Assembly (NCBI RefSeq): GCF_026210795.1
Contig: NC_089429.1
Span: 7,626,001 to 7,690,000 of the forward strand
Source: Rhizophagus irregularis
Lineage: Eukaryota
DNA: 64,000 nucleotides
Direction: 5' to 3'
Positions 53,168 to 64,000 of the stretch are shown here, piece after piece; the stretch's first letter is position 1; every line of letters starts with the position of its first letter. The notes under the pieces are model-generated. The model was not told where the DNA came from, ran no database searches, and was given only the letters and a program-made list of their open reading frames with translations. A program made the translations under genes and the position numbers.

Positions 53168-53452
53168 TCTAAATTAGAAAAATAATAGAAGAATTCTTCC
53201 TTCTAAATTAGAATAGGAGTATTCTTCCTTCTAAATTAGAATAGGAGTATTCTTCCTTCTAAGTTAGAATGGGAGAATTCTCTCATGTAAATTAGAGCAT
53301 TCTCCCTTCTAGGTTAGAATTGGAGAATTCTCCCATATAAATTAGAATAGGGAGAGTCCTCCCTTCCAAATTAGAATAGGAGAATTCTCCCTTCCAAATT
53401 AGAGTATGTCTTAATATTAACTTAGAAGAATTCTTCCCTCTAAATTAGAATA
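53168..53452. repeat. ~28-bp minisatellite (TAAATTAGAATAGGAGAATTCTCCCTTC)n
   Basis: About 9-10 degenerate units with an internal gagaattctc palindrome. Confidence 0.88.
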
Positions 53453-53524
53453 AACATTGAAAAATTATATTATTTTCCCCTATTAGGAGTAGAATTTATC
53501 AAATAATTATTATTTTCTTAGTAA

Positions 53525-53629
53525 GGCCGTTCCAACACGATTGTTTGTTTAACGTACCCACCCCACCAGCCAACCTCGATTTTTTTACTTTCAGAAAAAC
53601 GTTAAACAAACAATCATGTCGGAACGGCC
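53525..53629. mobile_element. PIF/Harbinger (Tourist-like) MITE
   Basis: 31-bp TIR ggccgttccaacacgattgtttgtttaacgt / acgttaaacaaacaatcatgtcggaacggcc (two mismatches); TAA TSD on both sides. Confidence 0.9.
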
Positions 53630-54359
53630 TAATCACAATTCTGAAACAATATTAAATAAAATATTTTCTTATGAAACGCATAGTAAATTTTTTCGTGCAT
53701 ATCATTTAAAATGTTCGAGTTCTTGTTATATTAGAGCGCTTGTGCTCTTTTCTTAGTTATTATCATTGATTCGTTTTCAAATTTGGTGTTTTTTCGATTT
53801 AAGTCGTATATGATTTTGAGCGATATAGAGTAGATTTTTGAAGCTGAAGTTTGAAGATTGGAGCTATTGTAATCAGCGAGTTCTTCGTCTGAATCCCGAC
53901 TGAATTAGAATTAATTATTATAATAATTAGTCAAAAACCTTATAACTTACATATTGTACATCATTTTCTAAATCACAGTACGAAACTTATATATTAAAAA
54001 ATAGCTACCTATATATATAATTCTATTTATTAACTACATTTTATAATTTTAAAATTGTGACACAAACACGTGGAGAAAAAACCGGTTATCAGATTGGCAT
54101 TCATATTTAACCAAGATGTACACCTCTAAGTGCACCCTTTGAGCGTGTACTTAGAGAGAGAGAACTTTTATATAATATCTTTATACTTGGGAGTTGGGAC
54201 TGAGTAAGAGGGTTTATCTAGAAAAAAAATATGTAATGCGTGCATTTAGAGAGTGCACTTAGAGAGAGTTGACTATATATGTTCTCTCTTTGTCTGAATA
54301 ATGGCTGAATGCTTCCAAGTCAGAATCCATGCCAGAATGGGACTTTTTTTTTATCTAAC

Positions 54360-57300
54360 TTCTCCTATAAATTCTATACGTTGTCACAAATCCCATTGTG
54401 AAACCCTATTATTTAGTTGGACGAGAGTATGAAGCATTCGGTAAGTAAAATATCTCTAAATTTATTGATACTGATTCAAATTATTTATGAATTACTACTA
54501 AAATTTCTCTATTAAAAATCCGAAATCCTAATTACCAAATTATATTTTAAACTTATTATAGAAATTACTTCACAGCTTGATCATTTGAATCGGATAATTC
54601 TATTATTGAAATATTTAATTCTAACTTTAGCAACAAATACGATTTATAATCAATCTTTGAACAAATTGGTTCAGTGATACTTGTTTAGGATCCCAAACAT
54701 GCTAAGAAGATAGCAAGATATGGTTGTGACTGGCGCTCATTTCTTAACATTTGGCACGATATTAGTTTTCCAAATCGCAATGATGGATCGTTGAGATTAT
54801 GCTGCAACATATAGAACTTTTTTACATCAAATTTAAGGTAATGTTTAAATCATAATGAAAATCAGATATTGAAAGGACTCTATTTATTTATTTTTAATAG
54901 TTTTAAACAATATTTAATTTATTAAAATTATTATAATATTTTAATAGGTAAATGATGATAGCTATTTAATAAGACTATTACCCCAATTGAATGAATTCAT
55001 TCGTATGGTAATTGAATACTTTTTTTTGCATTTATGATAATTTCAACATATTAGCCAGAAAGTATTCTGATTTTATTTATATTTTCTCGCAGGAAGAATT
55101 GATGTTATTATTAGTAAAAAGCCTACTGTGATATATTATCCTTTGCTTCCTTGGCTCCATGTCATAGGATGCTGTGAACACTTTAGAATGACTGGGCAAG
55201 TGACAACTGACAAGACCAATAAGTTGACTAGCAAATCTTCACCCATCAAGTCAAACAAACAAAAGCAACAGAGGTTTCAAGAAGAAACAGAACGGAAGAA
55301 GAAATAATTTGATTTCGCTGATGCTTGCCAAAATCATGCAATATTCAAAATCCTTAAGGAGTAAACAACTGGCATTTGAGAACTGAAGGAAAACTTGTAC
55401 GAATAGGTGTTATTACTATTTTTATTCTGATTTTAACTATTCAAGGATATCAGTTATTTCTATACTCTGCTGAATCTTTGCCAGCTACAACGAGACAAGG
55501 CGCACTGTCTTCAATGATGACATCATCTGCTTCTTCTCCTTATGATCCAGCAAACCTAGACGGACAAAGTGCAAACACATCTAATGAACGTGATCCGATT
55601 TTAGATAATAATAGTATTATGGGAAACAATTCTGGAAGTGGAATAGCAATGGTCACGTAATATACGTAATATGCGTAATATGGATGGAACGTGAAATTCT
55701 TTATTGATGAAGTCAAAATGTGTTTGGTGTGATTTGTATTTGTAGTTAAAGGAGATGGGAGTTGATGGGTATCGTATAACCTATTTATTTCTTGATCACG
55801 CGATTGCAGAAGGAACGTTAAATTCTTTATTGACGAAGTTGATCAAGGATTATTATATGAACATCATTGATTACTAATCGATTAGAATGCGACTCGACTT
55901 TGCGACGCATCACCAGAATTACTAAAATTGATTAAAGATTCGAAAAAGAAGTATGAAAAGTCTTTATCGAATAAATCTACCTCTTCTAATGTGTAAAGAA
56001 CTATTTTTTTTTATCTTGTGAAGGCGAGGAAGATAAGTATATGAGTTGAAGGGTAGTGTATTATATCTATAGTTATCTAATAATGATATAAAATTAATAT
56101 TAACTTCAAATATTCTTTATAATTACGTGTTCATTTAGAAGTTTTCTGTTGAACCACAAAGTAGAGGAATTATTAGCTGAATCATCAGAATATATTGGTG
56201 CATTTCAACCTACTGATTTAATGGTTGAATCAAATCAGATTGTGACTGAGGTTTTAAGGCAAACAAAATAACGGATCTCAATTAGCATTGCATCAAATTT
56301 GTTTTTGACCCAAAAAACCTGATGTTTGATAAAAAAAAAGAAAGAAGTGCTGAGGCGAATTTAAAGATAATTGTGAGGGTATTCTTCACCGTAATCATCA
56401 ACTCTTCTACAATTGACGCGAAAAAATCCGGGATGGCGAAAGTACCGGAAAATTTGAGGCAATTTCATCAAAAATTTGAATTCTGAAATTGATAAAAGCA
56501 GAGGAAAAGTTATGGAGGAAGGACGAAACGAATATCAAACTTTAGGATTGTCCATGCTCCTGCGAGAAGGAAAAGAGATCACGCGTATTACTTTATTAGT
56601 ATTGGCAATTTATTTCAAGCATAGAGTTTGAATCATTGTTTAATAAACTGGTCAACCTTTTCAAAGGTGTTGATATAAATATTATATATATAGTTATATA
56701 TATAGTGAATGCTTTCGGTAAAAAAAAATTGGAAAAGGAAAAAAATATTTCATTTTTTCATTTTTTATTTGGTTGCTCTTGTACTAAGTAGTCGATTAGC
56801 GAAGCGATGTTAATCACATATTTGATCACGTGATGAAGTCCGTTTGTCCGCACGCGTCACGTCTGCTACATCGATAACAAAAAAAATGTAAACAAGTTAA
56901 AAATAGAATAAAATTTGTATATAAACGGTTTCCGTTTGACCGTTTCCTAGTTTACTTATCTTTTCCTATTCTTTGTAAATAAAGGAGGTTAGTTTACTTA
57001 TATTTGTAAAAAAATAATAATATTTATAAATTAATGCTTTTTATCGCTACTTTTATCGCTCCAGACTCCAGTTATTCTCTTTCCATTAACTAAATATCTT
57101 AGGAATTCTCTTTCCGTTAAGGAGGTTCACTAACCTCCTTACTGGAAAGAGAATCTCTGGGATATTTAGTTAATGAAAAGAGATAGAAATTCCCTTTCCA
57201 GTTGATTAACTTCCTGTACGGAATAACGATTAGGACTTTACTTCAAGTAATTATTTTTATTTTATATTATGATATTACTGTAATTGATTTTTTAATTGTT

Positions 57301-57983
57301 TACATAAATAAATGTTCATATTTTCAAATAGATTATACATATTGCATTATTCCGTCTCCACGTTGGGAATATATGCAAGTTCGAGAGTCATTTAGAATAG
57401 AATATCCTGTATAATGGTAAAGATACTTTTAACGGTTTATGGTCATGTAACATTTATTTTTTTCGTTATCTAATAGAGACAAAACATAAATTTTAGGTCT
57501 CAACGCTGGATTCCAAGTTTTCTCCGTTTCTTTTATGATTCATCTAAGATCTGTGACTCCCGAAAGGAATCGTTCTCTTCAAGAACAATAGATATGAAAT
57601 CGTATCATCACTGTCTTCCTCTTAAACGAAATCCCATTGAAAAAAAAACGGGTTGAACAGCTGGAAATGGTTTTGTGTCTTGGTTCTGTTATAATCATGG
57701 GTTGGTTGTTTTTCTGTCTATTATAGACAAATGATTTCTTAATCTAATAAGAAATTGTATTATCTGATATTTGTCGAAGGAGAAGGAATTAGCAATACGT
57801 TAGACGAGGCATTACATTCATTAGTGTAGAAAGTAGGCAGAAACAAATTTTTATACATTTACTACCCGTTGTTCAGAAAAAAAAAAAATAAAATATTTTT
57901 TATTCGCAAAACTAATGAGATTACATCATTGATCATTGTACTGTATATCAATTGTGACATTCGATCATAATTTAAGATATTCT
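54360..57983 (+). mobile_element. P-element-like transposase relic, copy B (right arm of inverted repeat)
   Basis: DPKHAKKIARY..GAHFLTFG (like the P-family DxxHxxK..RN motif) and YYPLLPWLHVIGCCEHF (like the C-terminal catalytic Glu region); GT-AG introns; many stops; inverted homology to 45433-48290. Confidence 0.75.
57076..57183. repeat. Near-perfect ~108-bp foldback with 4-nt loop
   Basis: tctctttccattaactaaatatc..aattctctttccgttaaggaggtt-cact-aacctccttactggaaagagaat..gatatttagttaatgaaaagaga; absent from the homologous site in copy A. Confidence 0.85.
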
Positions 57984-58998
57984 TTGTGTTGTAATAACAC
58001 TGCCCCCCGGCATTTCACGGCTTTAAAATTAATTATGTTGGCTTATGCCATTATTTTTTCTACCCCTCCTTTTTGGTAATTTTGGTTCCAGAATCTTGCG
58101 TATATATCACCGATAGCAAACTATAATTGAATCACTGACGGTTCATTACTAATCAAACCAGTGACTACTTATTTTCACGCCCGTCCTTCGGTGGTAATCA
58201 CGGTAATGACGTTTAGGTCACGTGGCGATTTTCGGTTGTCCGTATCTCGAGTCCCTCACATTTGATTTGCTTCTCTCTATGGATGCTAAGAATATTGAAC
58301 ACCAAATCTTCTTCAACTCTATATTCTGAGAGACGATCCCACTGTCTTTGCTGAGGTCTTTGAGGTAGTAATAAATCTGCTTAAGCAGAGGAGAAAGGTT
58401 TTCTTTCCCTTTTTCTTTCCTTCTTTATTATTATATACTTTTTATTATACTATTACCCCTTTAACTTTTGTTTTTCGTTGTTTTATACATACTTTCTTTT
58501 TGTCTATCTTATCATCCAGTTATGGTAGTGATTATATGAGACATACTTTCAAGTGTTAAGGGATCAGGATTTTTCTGAAGATCCTAGCATCAAAACTTAC
58601 ATTCCTCTTAATTATACATTTTTTTTTAAGTCACAATCCTTCTATTTCTTTAAATGCTTACTGGGTAAATGTACTATTTACTCATTACTCATTATTCTTA
58701 CTTTCTTTTTAAACAGGACAAAAATCTCACTTTTCCCTCACTTTTTTGATTACTATCATCATCATCATTATGATCTAAATGCAAAGCAAGTAGCACTGAA
58801 ATGTTGCGTTACTTCTTCCTTATGTCTAAAATCTTGTAGTTGTTAGTGTTAATGTTTGATCTGAATATTATTTTATATAAATGTTAAATGTGAAGTTCAA
58901 GTCCTGTATTATATATTTGTAAATTGGATTATAATATTGAGATTACCAGTTAATACCATTTAATAAAGTTGCTTGTTTAAATTATTTTTAGTTTATTG

Positions 58999-59357
58999 CC
59001 ATTTTCAGAAATATATGTAATCCAAGCCACCCTATTAAAAAAACAAAATTTTGCAATTTTTTTGAATATTTACATGGAAAAAAGGTAGTTATTAAGGAAA
59101 TTAAAGCAAAATTCAAAAAATTTAAGATATTTAAGTGAGTTTTCTTGTAAAAAATTATTATTTTTACGTAAACATTAAATCTTTACTTATAAGGAAACTT
59201 ATGTAAGTATTTAAAGTTTTTTGAGTTTCGCTTCAATTTTTTTAATAATTGTTCTTTTTCCATATAATTATTCAGAAAAATCGCTAAGTTTTGCAAAATT
59301 TTGAAAATCTGTTTTTTTAGTGGAGTAATTTAGATCTATACATATTTCTGAAAATGG
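58999..59357. mobile_element. Long-TIR foldback element (Mutator-like MITE)
   Basis: ccattttcagaaatatatgta / tacatatttctgaaaatgg, with imperfect inverted homology extending inward well over 100 bp. Confidence 0.65.
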
Positions 59358-59621
59358 TGATAATATGAATTATTATTTTGTCAAGTTTTTTCTTTTTAAC
59401 ATTTTAACAGTTTGCTAAATTATTTAGTTTGCCTAGCAATCTTATATATTAATGCTAATGATAATTACCATCATTCTTATTGTAATTTTACTTTAAAATA
59501 TGTCCAATTAGAGCAGCCAATTGCTATTTTTAAATTATTTGCAACATTATTTTATTTTATTTTTAATAACCATTTTTGTTAAACTCTCAATTATTAGACA
59601 ATTCCAACTTTAAAATTATTA

Positions 59622-60109
59622 CAGTCAAACCTCTATGTACCAATCCCCAGTGTACCGATAATTTCCTGTACTGATAAATTTTCATTGTTCCATTTCACGT
59701 ATAATAAAAAATCGCATTGTATTGATATTGTATATAATTTCATGATGTAACATATACCAATACTTTTTCTTGGTCCCTTTATAATAATATATAACTATAC
59801 TAGTATTAATTCAGGCCAGTACTATAAAGTTAGTCTAAGTAAAAGATTTAATTTGAATTCTTTTGCAGTTTATTTTACCAAAATTTAATTATTTAAGTCC
59901 ATTAATCAGGTGGTATTTGTTTGCATTATATTACTCGTAATATATTGATATTGTTTCCAATTAGAAGCATCAGTATCAAGGTCTGACTGTCCGCTAATCT
60001 AATAATAGACGTGATTTACAATATGATATACAGTAATTGTATACTGATAATTCAATGTACTGATACTTTTTCTCTAAAACAACCTCATTAGTACATAGAG
60101 ATTTGACTG
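59622..60109. mobile_element. Tc1/mariner (pogo/Fot1-like) MITE
   Basis: TIR cagtcaaacctctatgtac / gtacatagagatttgactg; TA TSD; internal tgtac(c/t)gata repeats. Confidence 0.88.
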
Positions 60110-60929
60110 TATCCATTATAAAAATGTTTTTATTTTTTTTATTCTATTTGTTTAGTGAAAGTCACTTTAACTGAATATTATTTATTTCTAATATAATAAA
60201 AAGTTTAAAAATATTTAAATGAAAGCCAAATTTTCCAATGCTAATATTGTATTAACTATTTCATTTTTTCTTAATTTGTTTTATTTTTTCTTTTCCTTTT
60301 TTTTTATAATAATAATCATAATAATATAGTTTATAGTTTATTTTATAATATTGTAGAATATTTAATTAAAATTATTATTTATATAATATTTTTAATTTAT
60401 AAGTTTATTATTATTTATAATTGGTATTGTTAAAACTCATCCCTATGAAAAATCTGGTTAATATTAATCTTATTTAAATATACAGTAGATTAACAAAAGT
60501 GACCAACCAAACAACCACCTAAAAATTAATAAAATTAGTTATTTTTATTAACAATTTTATATTTATTTTAAAATTAAAAATATAAAAACCTATTTTAAAG
60601 TATCTTTATATTTAATTGTTAATAATAAAATTATATATAAATATTTAATTTTAATGTAAAAAAAAAATTGATTTTTTAACTAGAGCAAAATATATACCAA
60701 ATATCAATTTTTTAAATTTTATATTAATAAAAATAATATATAGGTTAAGTAAAAATAGATGCTTTAGTTGTAAAAAAAATATTTTTATATAAAGGAAGAT
60801 TATATACTAAAAATCTAATGTATTTAAAAACCTTACTTACTTTTAATAAAGACCTTCAGACAAAATTTCAGATTTACTGATAATTTTACTAATTTTTCTA
60901 ATTTTCTTATATTATAATTTTACTATATA

Positions 60930-61092
60930 TGGGCACTTTGCAGTAGAAAGGAACGAAACTACTAAAAAAAATAAAAAATGAATTAATATAAAATTTGAAC
61001 AAATTATAGCATTTAGAATATTTTTGGCATACATATAAAAGAAAATTTGAATTTTTTTAGTAGTTTCATCCCTTTTTACTGCAAAGTGCCCA
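60930..61092. mobile_element. MITE with ~40-bp TIRs, TA-flanked
   Basis: tgggcactttgcagtagaaaggaacgaaactactaaaaaaa / tttttttagtagtttcatccctttttactgcaaagtgccca. Confidence 0.88.
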
Positions 61093-61639
61093 TAAAAGTT
61101 TAAACCACTTTATTTTTAATTATATTAAATCAAATTTTATTTTTATTTATATAAGTTTTTTTTAAAAAAAATTCTTTATATTGTAATTTTTTGAATAAAT
61201 ATAAAAATTACTAATTTGCATTTATAATTATGTAAAATAAAGTTTTTTTTTTTAATAATAAAATTTTAACTCTTTAACTAAAGCAGTTACAGTAAAATAA
61301 ATATAAAATTCTAATAGTTTAATTAATAATAAATTATATTTTAAATTTCATGAAAATTGAATTAGTTTTATAAATAGATATTTGCTGGTAAAAATAATTT
61401 TATAAAATTAATGAATAACTAAAAATATACAAATTATTATACTGCTAATGCATTTTGTATAATTCCAAAAATTATCAAATTGTTTGAGATGTAATTAATT
61501 CTAGTAATAAATAACAAATAGAATAAAAAAGTTGGTAATAAAAACAGATTTATTAAATATTATTATTATTTAAATATCTACTAGTGATTATGTATTTCAT
61601 TTTGTAAAAATAGGTTATATTCTATTATATAATATAAAT

Positions 61640-61744
61640 CCTATAAAAAATTTTTCAGAAAAATAATCATATGTCTAAGTTTTTTCAGAATAAAAACTAG
61701 AAAAATGATCATTTATCAGAGTTTTTTCCAGAATTTTTATAGAG
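61640..61744. mobile_element. Degenerate MITE related to 2471-2656
   Basis: cctataaaaaatttttcagaaaaa / ttttttccagaatttttatagag imperfect inverted termini. Confidence 0.45.
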
Positions 61745-64000
61745 AAAATAGGTATGAATTTTGGTAAAAGATATCAAGTTATTACTATCAGTTTGTATTA
61801 TATAATAATATATAATAGAATGTAAATTTTTATTAATAAAAGTTTATATGAAATAAAATGTAGATTTTATTTAAATATACATTTAAATATACAATAATAA
61901 ATGTAATACAATAAATGTATAAAATAAATGCTAATAAACTAATAAATTTATAAATGTTATAAGAAAAGAAACAATATTACTGCCTTTCTTGATGATTTCA
62001 ATACTAATAACTAAAATTTAAACTATAACTAAAACTAAAATTTAAAATTCAAGTCCCTGTTATCCATTTTTACAATTTATCCTGGAAACAATTTTAAAGT
62101 TATTTGTCACGCCTCTATCTGTCACATAGTTAATATGAAAATCACGCGATCGAACCTGCATTCGAAACCGATCTGCGTTAACATTAGCATTTTTGCTGCG
62201 TCACTATTAAGGGAAAAGTAAAATCAATAACAAAAAAATTAAACGATTTTTTATTTATACCGAAATAAATCTACCACTCTTCTAGTAATAAAATAAATTT
62301 ATACCGAAATAAATATCTTTATGAATTCTGCCAAAAATAATCCTAATGCAGACTGGACTTTTGATACAAATTCCTCCTTGAAGATTTAAGTAATAGATTC
62401 TATAAGTTTGTTTTATTAGGTATCCAAAACAAATTATACAAAAAGGACAATAGAATCGTAGAATCGTCGAAATTATACTATATGTGATTTGTTAGAAAAT
62501 TAAAATTTTTGTGAAAGAACAAAGAATAGGTTACAACAACTATTTTTATGTATCTATTATAAAATATTTTTATGAAATGAATTGTACGAAAAATCTTTTT
62601 TATCGCTAAATTTTGTTTAGTTTCAAATGATAATTTATGTTACAATCGTAAACTCTAATGCATATCGGCGTTTTCTTAATATTGGTCAGACCTTTTTTTA
62701 TGTATATTTCGGGGTCCTTATATCATCCCTTGTTTTTTGAGAAAAAATATACTAGCCTAATTAAAGTATCTTATGGTCAATACGAACGAATTTAGATAAA
62801 TTATTTCTTTTTATCTTACAAAAAGAATAATTTTTTTTTTTAAAAAAAAAAAAGAATTTTAGAAGACCTGTCGTTATAGTTAAAAGCTAAAGTTTTCAGA
62901 TCTACATACAATGAAGTCAGCTTGAATCAAAAGTGCAGATTTTTCAATGACGTTACTAATTAGTAACATGTCAACGACGCCAATATTTTTAACCTGCATA
63001 CACTATTTGCTATATGTAGAGATCATGCAGTCATCAGATAAGGGATTTGATAGATGTTACCATTTCAAATGCGTTTGCGCTTTAATAAATCTCAAAATAG
63101 TATAATTTTTTTTTTTTTAAATACAAATAAATATACTGTAACTATCTTTACTATTTTTGTATCCATTGAAAATCAAGGTAAAAAATTTTGTGTTCAAGTC
63201 ATCGAATAAACAAAAACGTTAAAAATGGGATATTATTATATTTGTGATAACAAAATTAAATTTGTGATAACATAAAATAACTAAAGTGATAATGTATATA
63301 TCACGTACGTTTTTTATGATTTTTATGTAGATCAGATACCCTTGCTTTTAAAGTCACACAAATAAAATTAAGCATCTGTTTTTATACTAGTCAATTTTTT
63401 TTTCTTTTGTTTCTAACAGATCAGGATTTCTATCCGGAATTTCAAAATCAGAAAGGGTTCATTCAATCATTAATTTTGAACAAATAAAAATCGGTGTTAC
63501 ATTTCAAAAGAGTGATCCGATATAAATGTTAACTTAATTAGTATATATATTGTTCAAAATCGTACTAATCAAAAATAAAAGAATTTGTCATATGCTTCTT
63601 TTACAAAGACTACAAAGAACGATATATTTAGAAAATTAATAAGTTTTTAGTTTTTGTTCCTTTATTTGGAATTTCTAAACCGTTTTAAGCGAACATTTAC
63701 GCAAATTACACAGGACAAAAAAAAAAAAATTAACCACTCAGATTTCTTTACCGATTTTTATAACATAGCCGAATATATTATCCTTTGTCATAAAATCAAG
63801 CGTAAATTTTTATCCCGAAATGACAGTGACGCATTTAAATACGAAAAATCGATTACGCAATGTTGCTTGTTTTTCTTTTTTGTTCTTTTTAATCAATTCA
63901 ATGATTACGCGTTTTTATGATTATTAAGAAAATTATTGCCGAATTATGAATGTAATTTCTTATAAAAAGTCTTTAAAAAATTCCAAGTAAAACCTCAAAA

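Noticed and set aside
52741..53172. 143-aa ORF
   Set aside because: First half is AT-rich and non-coding-like, second half may be a gene scrap running into a minisatellite; no recognisable domain.

Overview
Very AT-rich, intron-containing eukaryotic DNA. Its gene families (F-box/LRR, Sel1, DUF659-type hAT, P-like and Zator-like transposase relics) point to an arbuscular mycorrhizal fungus (Glomeromycotina, Rhizophagus-like); this is inference. The window is gene-poor and repeat-rich. Three genes look intact: a single-exon F-box-like protein with a basic C-terminal tail (8238-9293, -), a two-exon non-canonical bromodomain protein (17453-18920, +), and a small secreted ricin-B-like protein (44215-44670, -). 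The bromodomain gene lies in a ~3.5 kb tandem duplication whose second copy has a 1-nt frameshift. A truncated F-box/LRR gene lies at 42853-43680. The remainder comprises a 5'-truncated RT/RNase H LINE, three copies of a P-like transposase relic (two forming a ~12.5 kb inverted-repeat structure), a hAT relic, a Zator-like relic, many MITEs and minisatellites, and numerous short orphan pieces of unrelated loci (two 5S rDNA pieces, class I HDAC, Argonaute PIWI, Sel1, F-box). Most notable: (1) the bromodomain protein has His in place of the acetyl-lysine-binding Asn and carries RVxF and SILK PP1-docking motifs; (2) comparison of paralogous copies shows repeated short filler insertions of foreign genomic DNA without clear TSDs, including a 108-bp piece of 5S rDNA plus upstream sequence inside a transposase codon; (3) a cluster of paralogous hairpins at 12.9-13.3 kb resembles small-RNA precursors. 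No database searches were run; family calls rest on motif recognition.
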